DNA from: Emiliania huxleyi CCMP1516 | Lineage: Eukaryota | NCBI RefSeq assembly: GCF_000372725.1 | Contig: NW_005201792.1 | Coordinates: 1,181,440-1,245,439 of the forward strand | Length of the DNA stretch: 64,000 nucleotides | Reading direction: 5' to 3' | Shown here: piece after piece, positions 36,407 to 47,390 of the stretch | Numbering within the stretch: the first letter of the stretch is position 1 | Layout of the letters: each line of letters opens with the position of its first letter | Program-made: the position numbers and the translations under genes | The notes under the pieces: generated by a model | Database searches by the model: none | What the model was told of the DNA's origin: nothing | What the model saw: only the letters and a program-made list of their open reading frames with translations

Positions 36407-36805
36407 CGAGGAGAGCAAAAAACCAGTGCACCGGAGTGGGTGGGCGCGAAAGAGGCGGCCGCGTTTGGCGGGACGGCAGATTTACGCGAGATTGCTTCCC
36501 TTCCGCACACCCCGGGCCCGATATCTTCACACAACCCGCACAACCCCACGCTTCGCCCACCACCCCCCCCCCCCCCCCACACCCCACACCCCACCCCCAC
36601 CCCTCTACACCCCTAGTCGGTAAAACACAGTCTGACCAGCGACTGGACACCAGGAGGGATGGGTGGGACGCCAGCGAGAAGGTCACATTGAAGCACACAG
36701 ACGCAAGAGGATAATCTCCTGGGTAGCGCTCACGCACGCCGGGCGGAGGACGTACGACGGCCTGAAGACGTACGCGCTGTGTCGCCCACTAACCCGCCGG
36801 CAGGC

Positions 36806-37810
36806 ATGGGCGTGTGCACGTTTCCGACGGTGCTTGTCACAGCGCTGTCGCTTGCTCCCGGGCCACGGCCACGCTTCGCGTCCCTGGCGACACCGGCGGG
36901 CCCGTCAATCCCCGCCTGTAGGACGGGCGCCGTGCTCTGCAGCGGCAGCGAGGGCGGGCCTGCCGAGCCACCGGCCGCCGCCCCGCCGCCAGTGGCCGCG
37001 GACGTCCTGCCTGCACTGGCGCTCTCCTTCCTCACCCTCGAGGCTGCGCAGCTCGGGGCGGTGACACTCGCCGCCTGGTGTCTCGGCAGCCCGTTCTCGG
37101 TGGGCAGCGCCGGTGCATTTTCCATCGCCGCCATCGGCGCCTCCGGAGGAGCGGCCGCGGAGCAGGCGCCCGATGCACTAGCTCGACTGCTCGGCGCCGC
37201 GAAAGTTGCGTTCCTCTCGCGTTCGCCGACGCGTCTCTTTCGTCTCGCCACCGGCATCTGGAGGGTTCCACCCGTGCTGCGCATGCTTCGAAAGGCACCG
37301 ACCGAGCGACGGCTGGCCTTCGTGCGGCGTCGCGCGGTGCGGCTGTCCGCGTGCCTCTGCGGACTAGCGCTCGTGCTCCTGGCTGCGGGCGGCCTGCTTC
37401 CAAAAGCGCCCACAGGCACCCCTCCCGTCGCCGCATTTGTCGGCCTCATCGCCCGTCGGCTGGACGGCGATGCGGACGGCCGGGAGGCAGTCAAAGACAT
37501 GAGCCTCCTGTGCACACTGCTGCGAATGCAGGCGGCGACCGCTGCGGCGCGGGTCGACTTCCTCGTCGCGGTTGCGAGGCGCGTGCGCCCTCTCGCCGCG
37601 CTCCTCGACTTGGCCGAGCTCGATGGGGCGTGCCTGCGTGCCGCCCGAGCCGCCTGGTCGCGCGCCAGCGGCATGGCAAGCGTGCGCCCACTCGCCGACG
37701 CCGAGTGGCTCGGGCGCGGGGGAGAGTGGGTCCGATGGCTCTGGCGCGAGGCCGCGGCGTGCTTTGCAGCTGTTTTTGGCGCTGAGGGCCTCGGTTGCGC
37801 GGTGGATTGA
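36806..37810 (+). CDS. Hypothetical membrane protein with signal-peptide-like N-terminus
   Basis: Uninterrupted ORF with several hydrophobic segments. No recognised domain. Confidence 0.55.
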   Translation: MGVCTFPTVLVTALSLAPGPRPRFASLATPAGPSIPACRTGAVLCSGSEGGPAEPPAAAPPPVAADVLPALALSFLTLEAAQLGAVTLAAWCLGSPFSVGSAGAFSIAAIGASGGAAAEQAPDALARLLGAAKVAFLSRSPTRLFRLATGIWRVPPVLRMLRKAPTERRLAFVRRRAVRLSACLCGLALVLLAAGGLLPKAPTGTPPVAAFVGLIARRLDGDADGREAVKDMSLLCTLLRMQAATAAARVDFLVAVARRVRPLAALLDLAELDGACLRAARAAWSRASGMASVRPLADAEWLGRGGEWVRWLWREAAACFAAVFGAEGLGCAVD

Positions 37811-38068
37811 TTTTGTGAAATCGGGGCGGCACAGTGTCGTCGTGATGTGGACGGCACTGAGCGAGAGCCCACGGCTCTTGGTGCGGGCGCGCCTCTCATG
37901 AGGCCTGCCGACTTCAACACACGCGCGGCTCTACATGTAAAATAACAAAATTCGAAGAGGTGTGTGTATACGGCTTGTGTGACCGGCGTACGGACACGCC
38001 ACGGCTGCGCGGCGGAAAGCAAAGATAGTAGCAGAAGCAGAGAAGGTTTTACCCGAGAACGGTGAGCT

Positions 38069-38968
38069 TCAGCCCCTCACGTCACAGCGTCCCCGACACG
38101 GCCTTGCCTCACTGGGCTCTCTCGAGCTCTCCGCGTGCAGCTCGCCCGCCGGTGCAACCTCAGCCGGCTGAGAGTCCCTCGCCGCCGCAGCGCGGGCAGG
38201 GTCGAGCAGCCGCTCTGCTCCAGGAACGGCGCTGTCCCCGGCGCGCCTTTGGCGCGCCACGCAGTCGAAGTAGACGCAGCAGAGGGCGACGACTAGCTGC
38301 ATGCTCGTCGAGCATAGAAAGGGCAGCCACACCGGCCACGGGTCGGCCGCCGCGAAGACCTGCTCGGCGGCGACGATCAGGCCGCCCGCCGCCTGCAGCA
38401 GGTAGAAGGAGACCGAGAGCGAGCCGGACGAGCGCTCGAGCAGCGTGGTGCGGAGCTGCGGAATGTATTGCACGACGGCGCAGCCGGCGGCCGCCACTCC
38501 GTAGGCCTGCGCAAGGCTGAGTGCACCGCGGCTGCAAGGGGCAGCGAGCGAGACGCCCGCGCTCACCGCCCATGCGACCGCGGTGGCGAACAGTGTGATC
38601 GCAGCCACCGAGCGCGCTGCGGCGCCGTCGTGCGGCGGATAGCAGACCACCATCACGAGCACGGCCGCGGAGGTGGCGGTGAGGACGACGGTCTGCACGA
38701 GGTCCAGCAGCTCGGGCACGCACGCCGCGCCGTGCGCGCAGTCCTGCAGCTGCCTCCACTTGGTGATGATTGCGGCCGCCACGTCGCACAGATTGAGGCC
38801 GGCGGTGAGGACCACCGTGGGCAGGCTCAGCCCCGCCGACGAGCGCGAGCGCAAGAGCTTGATGTACTGCGGGACCGTCACCGCCACCGTCGCGACGGTG
38901 AGCGCCACGGTGAGCGCGTCGACGCTGGTCGGGATGGTGCGATGCGGAGGAGCGCAGGCAGCCTGCAT
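38069..38968 (-). CDS. PQ-loop repeat membrane transporter
   Basis: Two PQ loops: TVPQYIKLLRSRSSAGLS and QYIPQLRTTLLERSSGSLS. About 7 hydrophobic helices. Confidence 0.88.
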   Translation of the reverse strand: MQAACAPPHRTIPTSVDALTVALTVATVAVTVPQYIKLLRSRSSAGLSLPTVVLTAGLNLCDVAAAIITKWRQLQDCAHGAACVPELLDLVQTVVLTATSAAVLVMVVCYPPHDGAAARSVAAITLFATAVAWAVSAGVSLAAPCSRGALSLAQAYGVAAAGCAVVQYIPQLRTTLLERSSGSLSVSFYLLQAAGGLIVAAEQVFAAADPWPVWLPFLCSTSMQLVVALCCVYFDCVARQRRAGDSAVPGAERLLDPARAAAARDSQPAEVAPAGELHAESSREPSEARPCRGRCDVRG

Positions 38969-39484
38969 GCGAACTGTTGCGCGGCTGTGTATACGTCACA
39001 GTGATCGTGGGAAGAGCGCGGCAAAAAGGAGAAATCGCGGGGACCACCGACGACGACGACGACCTTTTCCTTAAATTCCGCTGCTGTGCTTGTGTTAGTA
39101 CCAGCAGGAGCACGTTGCCAGTCCGCGCCCGTGTCCCTCACCCTCAGCCACAGCCTGTCTCCTGTGCTGTGAGCGAGAAGTCTCAAAATCTTACGAGAGA
39201 AGAACAGAAGTGCTCTCGAGCCAAAGAATGTACAGGCGTTTGACTCTGTTCCCCCGGGTAGCTAAATGGCCAAGTCCGGCCAACTGGAACTGCGCGCGCA
39301 ACAGACGAGGCGCGTCGAGAGAGGAAACCCCGCCCCCTCGACTGACTGGGTGACCCGCGCGCCGGCAGAGATAAGACACTCGCACACGAGAGGCACCGGT
39401 CCACAACGCATGCGGGGTGGGAGGGCGGGAAGGGGCGGTGGTGGTCACGAAAGGGCACGCGCCGTCCGAAAGGGACGGGCAACT

Positions 39485-40967
39485 CTAAGCCATCAGCTTC
39501 TTGATCTCGTCGTAGCCGACGAGCACGAGCGCACCGCCAAGGGTGCGCAGCACGTTGGCGCCAAAGCCCTTGAACATGGCGCCGACGCCCTCCTCCTTCA
39601 CGACCTTGATCGCGCAGTCCGCGGTGCCCTTGTACAGCCATTGCTCCGGGGGCTTCTCCGACTGCATCTGCAGGCGGCGGCGGACCGTGTCGAAGGGGTA
39701 CGAGATGAAGCCGGCGATGATGGCGGTGGTCTGCGCGATCGCAAACTTGGACGCGAAGCCGACGAGACCCGGGTCGTTCTTGAACGGGTTGATCGCCTTG
39801 AGCGTGTCGAAGATGCCGAAATACGGGCCGCGGTAGAAGACGATGCCGACGACAGAGACGCTGAAGCCGCCGTACATGGACAAGATGCCGCCGGACTTGA
39901 TGGTCTTCGCCAGGCAGTCGACGAGGCCCTCAAACTGCGGCTGGCCCGAGCCCACGTCCGACGCGAGCCGGGTGCGCGCGTAGTCGAGCGGGTAGACGAT
40001 CGCGAGCGAGCCGGCGCCGGCCAGGCCGCCGGACGCAATGTTGGTCGCGAAAAACTTACCGAAGTCGGTCTTTGAGTTGTACTTGGGGAAGAAGCCCTTG
40101 ATGGTGTCCTTAAAGGCGAAGTTGAAGGCCTGGGTCGGGAAGTAGCGGATCACGTTCACCGTGTTGCCCCGCCTGACGCACCAGAGGCGCGGGTGAGCTA
40201 CGAGAGGCGCGGGTGAGAGGGGGGGGAGGGGAGGGGAGGGGGGAGAGGGTTCGTTGTGTCGGGGGGGAGAGCGGCGGGGGCGTGCTCGGCGGTGCGCGCC
40301 AGAAGGCCGAGAAGCCCTGCTCGGAAGAGACGCGCGTGAAGCAGTTGATGATGCCCGTATAGCGCGGGACCTCGCCAGAGATGATCTTCGGGTTGGCATC
40401 CTGCGTCTGGATCAGCAGCTTGACGCGCTCGATCGGCGCAGTGCAGGTCTTCGCGACCGCGCCCGCGATGCCGCCCGCGAGGAAGTCCATGATGAACTGC
40501 ATCGCACCCGACTTCTCCGCAGGCGCCGCCGCAAAGGAGCCGCTGGCGCCCGTGAATCGCGCCCCATTCAGCGGATGGTGCTGGCTGCGGGCGGCGGAGG
40601 AAAGGCGTGACCGGAGGGGAGGCAGGCTCTGAGGAGGGAGAGGCCTCGAGCCGGGTGGGCGCGGTGCGGGGTTGTCGCGCACGCGGGGGAGCGAGAGGGC
40701 TGCAGTCGGCCGACGCTCTCTTGCGCAGACACCCTCCTCCGCGTGCCTCCCTCTGGCTGGGGCGCGCATCGGAGGCGACAAGCGGGACGGGAGCGTGGAG
40801 CAGTTCCCGCGACGGCCCGCTGACGAAGGATCCGCGCGGGCCGCCTCGCCACCACCCACCCTCTCGCGACGGCTGACACAGCGTTGATGAACACAGAGGC
40901 CTCTGGAGGCCGCGGGAGCGCCGCAGGCGGATCCGGGCGCGCGCGCGCGCCTGGCGAAGAAGACCAT
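39485..40967 (-). CDS. AAC: Mitochondrial ADP/ATP carrier; first exon (MVFFA, ATG at 40967) inferred
   Basis: [80 protein letters not shown]. Core is certain, 5' exon less so. Confidence 0.93.
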
Positions 40968-41720
40968 TGCTCTGCCGCGCTCGTCTGCTGCGTGCCTACA
41001 GGAGAGGAGGGGCCGGCTCACGGAGGCCGAGGCGCGAAGCGAGGATCGTATCGCGCCGCTTGTTGCGGAGTCGGCGAATACGATGCGAGTTTGAGCATTG
41101 TTTCTTTTTTTGAAGAGGGCGATTTTATTAAAGCCCTCCTCCTCCGGAAGAGATCTACGCCAGGTAGAATTCTCTTTTTGGGCGGCTCCCGTGGCTCCCA
41201 CCCGGCGAATCGATGCGAGTTTGTCGTGGTTGCTGTGAATGCCGCGCCCCGCTGCGGGCGGGCCTTCTAGGCCCGTGGGTAGTCTCCCCCCATCCCCAGG
41301 GCCTCCAGGGCTCGCACCTCAACCTCTCACAGACCAGCGCATAGCGCCATGGGAACGTATTTTCTTCTCATAACAAGGCTGTGAACAGCTCTCTGTGCGA
41401 TTTCGGGCGGCCCGGGCGGGGTTGTGCGTTTATGTGAACAGCGCCATCGTACTTGTGTGAACTCGCATCGTATTCGCGGGCTGGATACTCGCATCGTATT
41501 CGCGGAGTCTCCGCTATGTAATAGGGTACTCGCATCGTAACAAGTAGGGAGGGTGGTAGGATTCCTACATACATACAACTCAGGAGGCATTGATCCCTAC
41601 TCGAGTACCGCACCAGGGTGTCTTTTTACCCCTTTGAACAAAAGATAAAAAACCCCACACAACCAAGCTATCTCCAAAAACAGACAGTCGACACACGGGT
41701 CCACTGTCCATGCCGTGTGC

Positions 41721-44700
41721 TCATGCCGTGCGCCGCCGAAGCAGCCTGGCGACGTCTCCCCTCTCGATCAAGTGCTTGTACTCGTTCGCCCCCGAACAGC
41801 ACAAGACGCGGATGGCGCCGTCGCAGCGGATCCCAGTCACCGTAATCTCCCACCATGCTTCGTCCTTCCAAAAGAACTCGAGCTCACTCCCCACCCCCAG
41901 ATCTTTCTCCGCGAGTGGCGGCGCCACCTCAGGCGCCGGGCGCAAGCGACGCTTCGCAACGGTGTCGAGGTCCGTGCCGTTGTAGGAGTAGACGACCGTG
42001 GCCGACTGCTTGGGTGGAGGGGCGATCTCCCGAATCTTCGCCGGCCACCACGAGCCCTTGTAGCCGCAGTCGCCCTGAACCTCCACAAGCTGGCCCACCG
42101 CCCACTGCGGCTTGGCGCGCTTGCCGCCGCCCGACGCGCCTCCGGCGGCCTTGCGCTTGCCGGCGCCACCGCCGCCCTCGGCGGCCTCGGACTGGCGGTG
42201 CATCGAGAGGTAGTTGGAAGAGACGAGGCCCCACTGCTTGACGGTCTCGCGCTTTTTCGACCTCTCACCCGCGAGCCCTCGCAGGCACTCTCTACACTCT
42301 TCGTCGTTGCCAAGCCCCTCGAGGCGTTCGCGAATCGACGACATGTAGTCAAAAAAGGGCGAATCTCGGTGTACGAGCCGCATCAGCGTGTACGACGCGT
42401 CGATGTCTGTCCGCTTGCGCTTGCGAGACGCGCCCGCCGAGGCGCTGTCGAGGCGCTCAGCAATGTCGAGGATGGCATGGAGGTCGTCGGTAAAGTCAGT
42501 GTTGCTGAGGCGAGCAGCCAGGCCGCCGCACATCATGCCCGGCAGCTGGTCGACCCCGCCCGCCCTCTCCGCGAGATCGAGCGCCGCGTCGGCGAAGCCG
42601 GGCTTGAGGAGGTTGGCGGCGAGGCCGTCGCACATCATCTGCGGCAACGTGTCGATCCCGCCCGCCCTCTCCGCGAGATCGAGCGCCGCGTCGGCGAAGC
42701 CGGGCTTGAGAAGATTGGAGGCCAGGCCCGAGCACATGAGCTTCGGCAGCGTGTCGATCCCGCCCGCCTCCTCGGCGAGCTCGATCACCGCGTCGAGGAA
42801 GCGGGGCTCGAGGAGATGAGCAGGCAGCGTGTTGCACATCACTTCCGGCAGCATGTCCGGCCCGCCGAGCAGGTTGCCGAGGCCGAGCAGCGCGTCCCGG
42901 AAGTCGGCATCCAGCAGCCACTGCTCTAGCGTAGACCCTCCCTTTCCGTCCTTCGACCTCTCCACCATGCGCGCGTACTGGTCATCGCTGAGGCCGAGAC
43001 TGCCCGCGGACGCCTCCGTCCGCTGCTTCTCCAGCGCCGCGTTCACGTCATCCACACTCGCCAAGCGCTCGACCATCACTTCGACGCGCAGCCTTGGCGC
43101 GCCTCCGTCGCCCCTCCCGGCCGCGCGGGTAACCTCAAAGACGAGCAGGCCCGAGCTCCCAAGCCGCAGCGGCGACCTCGAGGTGCGGAAGCGGCCGTTC
43201 CCTCCCCACGCCGATTTGGACTTGAAGAAGTCGGGATGCGTCGGGTCGATCGCGACGACGGTCCACGCCTCGGGCGGCGGGCCGGAGCGCATCACGTGCA
43301 GCAGGACCCCTCGCAGCGCCTTGCCGACCCACAGCAGCCGCTGCACGTTGCCATGTGGCGCCTTGCCCTCGAACAGCATCGCCTCAATCTCGGGCGAGCG
43401 CAGCGAGCGCGCCTCGAGCCTGTCCGAAGGGTTGAGGTCCGCCCAGCGCTTGGGGACGACGTGGAAGAGCAGCGGGTGCGTGGTGGTGGCCGCCTCGATG
43501 CTCGGCTCGAGAGCTGCGACGGACTCCGGCGCCAGCGTCGCCCTGAGGCCGTCGAGCAGCCCGCCCGGCCCGCCAAACCACGCGTCAAAGGAGCCAAAGC
43601 CCCGCCGCCACGCGACGCCGACGCAAGGGCGCGAGCGGCGCACCGTCGCCGTCGACGTTGGCTCGACGTCGCTCGGCAGCGTCACTTCCAGGACGATGAG
43701 GCCGTCGATCGCCCCCTTTGGCGCGTCAATCAGGACGGGGTGGATTGTGACGATGCCCTCGAAGCCGAGGTTGGCGTAGATGGCCGAGTAGAAGTTGTCA
43801 AACGTCTCGTGCATCACGTGCGCCGGGAAGATGATGGCGACCGTGTACTTTGAGACATTGGCGTTGCGCTCCCGAGACACGACGTGCTTGAGCGCGCGAG
43901 AGAGCGAGGTCGACCACCAGCCAAAGGTGGGGTCGTGGTTGAGCGAGCTGCTGCCGAGCGCGCGTGCGGCCGCGTCGACGTGCGACAGCGTGTCCGCTTC
44001 GATGTACGTCTCGCCGTTTGGTCTCTTGTTGAAGGCACGGCTCCGCCCCCAGTGCCACCACCGCTCGCGCACTCCGTCGAGCGTGTGGGGAGAGACGTGG
44101 AAGTAGCAGCCGGTGAGCCCGGTCGCGCCCACGGCGTCCTCGACGGCGTCCGTCATCGCGTCGACCATCCACGGCTTCACCGAGTCGTTCACCGGCTCGC
44201 TCTTGACGGGGGGAGGCCGCGGCGGCGGCGCCGCTCCGAGAGTGTGTGGCAGCACTCGCGCCGTCGCCCCGCCGGCCATCGAGAGCTCCACCAGGCCGAT
44301 GCCGAGGACAGGCTGGCCGGCGCCGAGGTCGTCGATTAGGATCGGGTGCAGCGACGACCCGCCCTCGCCGAGGTTTGCGCAAGCGGTGGTGAGGGCGTTG
44401 TCGAACGTGCGGTACAGCGGGTGCGACGGGAAGATCATCACGATGGTGTACGCTGGCGATGCCCTCGACAAGTCATGCTTCTTGCCCTCTCGCCGCCGCA
44501 CCTTGAGCAGCGCATCCTCGAGCGAGCCGGCCACCCAGACTCGCTTGTCCTCGTGGTCCAAGTTGCTGCCGAGTCGGCTGCGGTCGACGCCGGCCTTCGA
44601 CGGGGACAGCGGCTCGAGGAAAGTCCGTCGACCGCGACGCTCGAAGAGCGGGATCTCGTCACGGGAGAAGGCGGGCAGCGTCCAGCCCGGGCGGTCAACG

Positions 44701-47390
44701 GCCGTCGGGGTGATGTGGTAGAGAGGGAGGCCTTGCTTCATCGCCTCGGGCACCGTCGTCCCCTTCTTCCCCGCCTTGATGGCGTTCACCACGTCGTCTT
44801 GGCTCGCGCACGCGGCGAGGACCTTTGCTGCCTCGGCCGCGGCCCATCGCTCTCGCCGCTTGGCAACATGGCGCGCCGCACCGCCACGCACGGAGCCGCC
44901 GCTCGATGCGGACGCGCCGCTGCTGCTCGATGCGGACGCGCCGCTGCTGCTGGATGCGGACGCGCCGCTGCTCCCCGAGGCGAGCACGCTGTGCAACGAG
45001 CCGAGGACCCAACCCGCCGTTGCCAGCGCCGATGCTCCCGCTGCTGCGCTCGCCTCGCCATCCTCGGCTGCGACGCCACCGAGCACGCCGAGGACCTGCA
45101 CCAGCAGCGGCATCGCAAGCTTCGGGATGCGGCGGTGCAGAAGCCAGCCCGCAAAGTAGGCGAAGGCGAAGCTGGCAGCGACGTCGAGGGAGGCGGGGAC
45201 TGCCCAAGCCGGTAGACGCGGGAGGAAAGACGCCGTGCAGTAGGACGACGCGAGCAGCAGAGGCAGGAAGCGGACGGCGATGATGATGCCGACTGTCGTG
45301 CGAAGGAGAAGCATCCCCAGCCAGAGGACGAGGTGCGCCAGATCGATGCCGAGGCGCGCCAACCAGAGGACGAGGCGCGCCAGATCGATGACGAGGGCGT
45401 ACGTCGGAACCACGATCGCAAGAAGCGGGGGCGCGTAGATGGCGCACACGAAGGCGAGAGGCGTGAGCCACTTGTGCTTCAGAAGACTCCTTATCAGCTG
45501 GCGGCCGCCATGTGGGCCTCCGGGCCTGCTGCGGCGGCGCGGCCGGTTGAGGCCGGGCTCGGCCCGGCCCGCGACGGCTGGCCGCCGACGAGCGCGGCGG
45601 TGGCGATTGCCTCTTTTCTCTGGAGACTTCGAATTGGGCGAGCGCCGCGACCATGGCCGGAAGGTGTCGCGGTACTCGCGCCGGCTCGCGAGGCCACAGT
45701 GGGCGATGCCCAGGTAGGACGAGTCGTCAGCCGCTTTGCCGGAGAAGGCGACGGCGGCAGCGCGGAACAAATCGACGAGGCAGGGGACCAGCGTGCACGT
45801 GATGTCGAAGGCGAGTGAGACCAGCGTGCACGCGATGTCGAAGGCGAGTGAGACCAGCGTGCACGCGATGTCGAAGGCGAGTGAGAAGAGGGTGAAGACG
45901 AGGGCCCGGAGCATGTCCACGAGGCAGGCGACCAGCGTGTACATGATTGAGAGTAAGGCGAACGCGGCGGCCCGACACAGTTTCACGACGAAGACGATGA
46001 GCGTGTAAATGACGGAGAAGATGCTCACCCGCGAGTCCTCGTCGGCGGGCGGCGGCGAGGCGTCGCAAGAGAAGAGGCTGGCGATGGTCTCGTTGACGGG
46101 CGTGCCGCCAACGAAGATGTCCATGTCGGAGTTGTCGGGGACGGGAGACGCGAGAACGGCGCCTCCTCGTCCTGGTGCTCGAACGCCATCGGTACTGGTC
46201 GACCCAGATCCCGGCGGGAGCGAGTCGTCGTTGGCAGCGTAGATGCCACACGGGATGGTTCTCTCGAGCTTGACCGCCTCGGAGGGCAAGGTGCCGCACG
46301 TAGGCCGTTGACACTCGAGTTGACTCTGCTGACGTTGCGCTGCCCTGTCGAAGTGCGCTGTTAAGCAACACCCGTGGTGTGACGGTGCCCCCAGACAGGG
46401 TCGCGGGGCGGCAGCAGATGCTGGCGGCCACTGTGCGACCCCGTAAGGTTGTTGCGTTGTCGACACCCCCCGATTGTCCCCCCCGGTCTGCTCAGAAGCG
46501 CTTATGACCGGGAGGGTGGCGCCCGGGGTGGACCCCGCATCACACTCTCGGAGTGTGCTGCCCACGACACGCGGGGTCACGACAGGGCAAGTGGGCCCAC
46601 GAGCCTCGGAGTCCTCGAGCCTGCGGCAAGGCGAGCACGAGCGACACCCACTCCCGACACGCCCGACGCCCTCACACAAGACTGACGACAGGAGCGCACC
46701 GTCCGCGGTCTCGGCTCCGTCCGCCGCCATGGCAGGTCCCACGCCCGCCTCCGGTCCGAGGGAGCCGGCATCCGACGCGCAGTACAGGGAGGCGACAGCG
46801 GAGTTGGCGGGGAAGCCAACACACGCGGCAGCCAAGCACCAAGTCGGCTGCCCGGGCAGCGGCGGTCGCAGCGCGTGCACGGAGGAGAGCGAGTCCGGCA
46901 CGACAGCGCGAGACGGGCACGACAGCGCGCCGGCTGCCTCAGCGCCGTCCGCGGCCTCGGTGCCGTCCGCCGCCTCGCCAGATCCCACGCCCGCAACTGG
47001 TCCGAGGGAGCTGGCAGGCGCGGCGCAGTGCAGGGAGGCCCGGTGCTGCCAAGCCGAGGCGACGCCAGGGTTGGAGGTGAAGCCGGTCGCGGTTGAGCGC
47101 CACACAGGCTGCCCGGGCAGAGGCGGACGCAGCGCGTTCATGGACGAGTTGGAGACGAGCAATAGATGCACAGTCTTGTCGACCGCCGAAGATTCGGCGC
47201 TGATTCTCGGGCCAGCGACAGCGCGCTGGCCGCTGCGGCCAGAGCGATGAGCGCGAGGGAGCGGTAGGCGCGAGCGGGGGTGCGCGGCATGGTGGCGCGG
47301 AGAAGTGGAGCCGATCGCTCGAGCCGCGCGTAGCAGCGCCGACGCTCGCTGAGTGTGCGAGAGCGGAGGCCGTCCGCCCGGCAGATGCAA
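41721..47390 (-). CDS. Large repeat-associated ORF: hydrophobic N-half, 3 ART-like domains, four 34-aa repeats, NLS-like basic stretches, tandem Agenet/Tudor
   Basis: Open for 1889 codons. Threefold internal domain repeat (43130-44730). 102-bp repeats (42450-42866). WAVGQLVEVQ..GYKGSWWPAKI...RRLRPAP...VGSELEFFW..AWWE Agenet pair. The true start may be internal (e.g. ATG near 45114). Confidence 0.75.
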   Translation of the reverse strand: MHLPGGRPPLSHTQRASALLRAARAIGSTSPRHHAAHPRSRLPLPRAHRSGRSGQRAVAGPRISAESSAVDKTVHLLLVSNSSMNALRPPLPGQPVWRSTATGFTSNPGVASAWQHRASLHCAAPASSLGPVAGVGSGEAADGTEAADGAEAAGALSCPSRAVVPDSLSSVHALRPPLPGQPTWCLAAACVGFPANSAVASLYCASDAGSLGPEAGVGPAMAADGAETADGALLSSVLCEGVGRVGSGCRSCSPCRRLEDSEARGPTCPVVTPRVVGSTLRECDAGSTPGATLPVISASEQTGGDNRGVSTTQQPYGVAQWPPASAAAPRPCLGAPSHHGCCLTAHFDRAAQRQQSQLECQRPTCGTLPSEAVKLERTIPCGIYAANDDSLPPGSGSTSTDGVRAPGRGGAVLASPVPDNSDMDIFVGGTPVNETIASLFSCDASPPPADEDSRVSIFSVIYTLIVFVVKLCRAAAFALLSIMYTLVACLVDMLRALVFTLFSLAFDIACTLVSLAFDIACTLVSLAFDITCTLVPCLVDLFRAAAVAFSGKAADDSSYLGIAHCGLASRREYRDTFRPWSRRSPNSKSPEKRGNRHRRARRRPAVAGRAEPGLNRPRRRSRPGGPHGGRQLIRSLLKHKWLTPLAFVCAIYAPPLLAIVVPTYALVIDLARLVLWLARLGIDLAHLVLWLGMLLLRTTVGIIIAVRFLPLLLASSYCTASFLPRLPAWAVPASLDVAASFAFAYFAGWLLHRRIPKLAMPLLVQVLGVLGGVAAEDGEASAAAGASALATAGWVLGSLHSVLASGSSGASASSSSGASASSSSGASASSGGSVRGGAARHVAKRRERWAAAEAAKVLAACASQDDVVNAIKAGKKGTTVPEAMKQGLPLYHITPTAVDRPGWTLPAFSRDEIPLFERRGRRTFLEPLSPSKAGVDRSRLGSNLDHEDKRVWVAGSLEDALLKVRRREGKKHDLSRASPAYTIVMIFPSHPLYRTFDNALTTACANLGEGGSSLHPILIDDLGAGQPVLGIGLVELSMAGGATARVLPHTLGAAPPPRPPPVKSEPVNDSVKPWMVDAMTDAVEDAVGATGLTGCYFHVSPHTLDGVRERWWHWGRSRAFNKRPNGETYIEADTLSHVDAAARALGSSSLNHDPTFGWWSTSLSRALKHVVSRERNANVSKYTVAIIFPAHVMHETFDNFYSAIYANLGFEGIVTIHPVLIDAPKGAIDGLIVLEVTLPSDVEPTSTATVRRSRPCVGVAWRRGFGSFDAWFGGPGGLLDGLRATLAPESVAALEPSIEAATTTHPLLFHVVPKRWADLNPSDRLEARSLRSPEIEAMLFEGKAPHGNVQRLLWVGKALRGVLLHVMRSGPPPEAWTVVAIDPTHPDFFKSKSAWGGNGRFRTSRSPLRLGSSGLLVFEVTRAAGRGDGGAPRLRVEVMVERLASVDDVNAALEKQRTEASAGSLGLSDDQYARMVERSKDGKGGSTLEQWLLDADFRDALLGLGNLLGGPDMLPEVMCNTLPAHLLEPRFLDAVIELAEEAGGIDTLPKLMCSGLASNLLKPGFADAALDLAERAGGIDTLPQMMCDGLAANLLKPGFADAALDLAERAGGVDQLPGMMCGGLAARLSNTDFTDDLHAILDIAERLDSASAGASRKRKRTDIDASYTLMRLVHRDSPFFDYMSSIRERLEGLGNDEECRECLRGLAGERSKKRETVKQWGLVSSNYLSMHRQSEAAEGGGGAGKRKAAGGASGGGKRAKPQWAVGQLVEVQGDCGYKGSWWPAKIREIAPPPKQSATVVYSYNGTDLDTVAKRRLRPAPEVAPPLAEKDLGVGSELEFFWKDEAWWEITVTGIRCDGAIRVLCCSGANEYKHLIERGDVARLLRRRTA

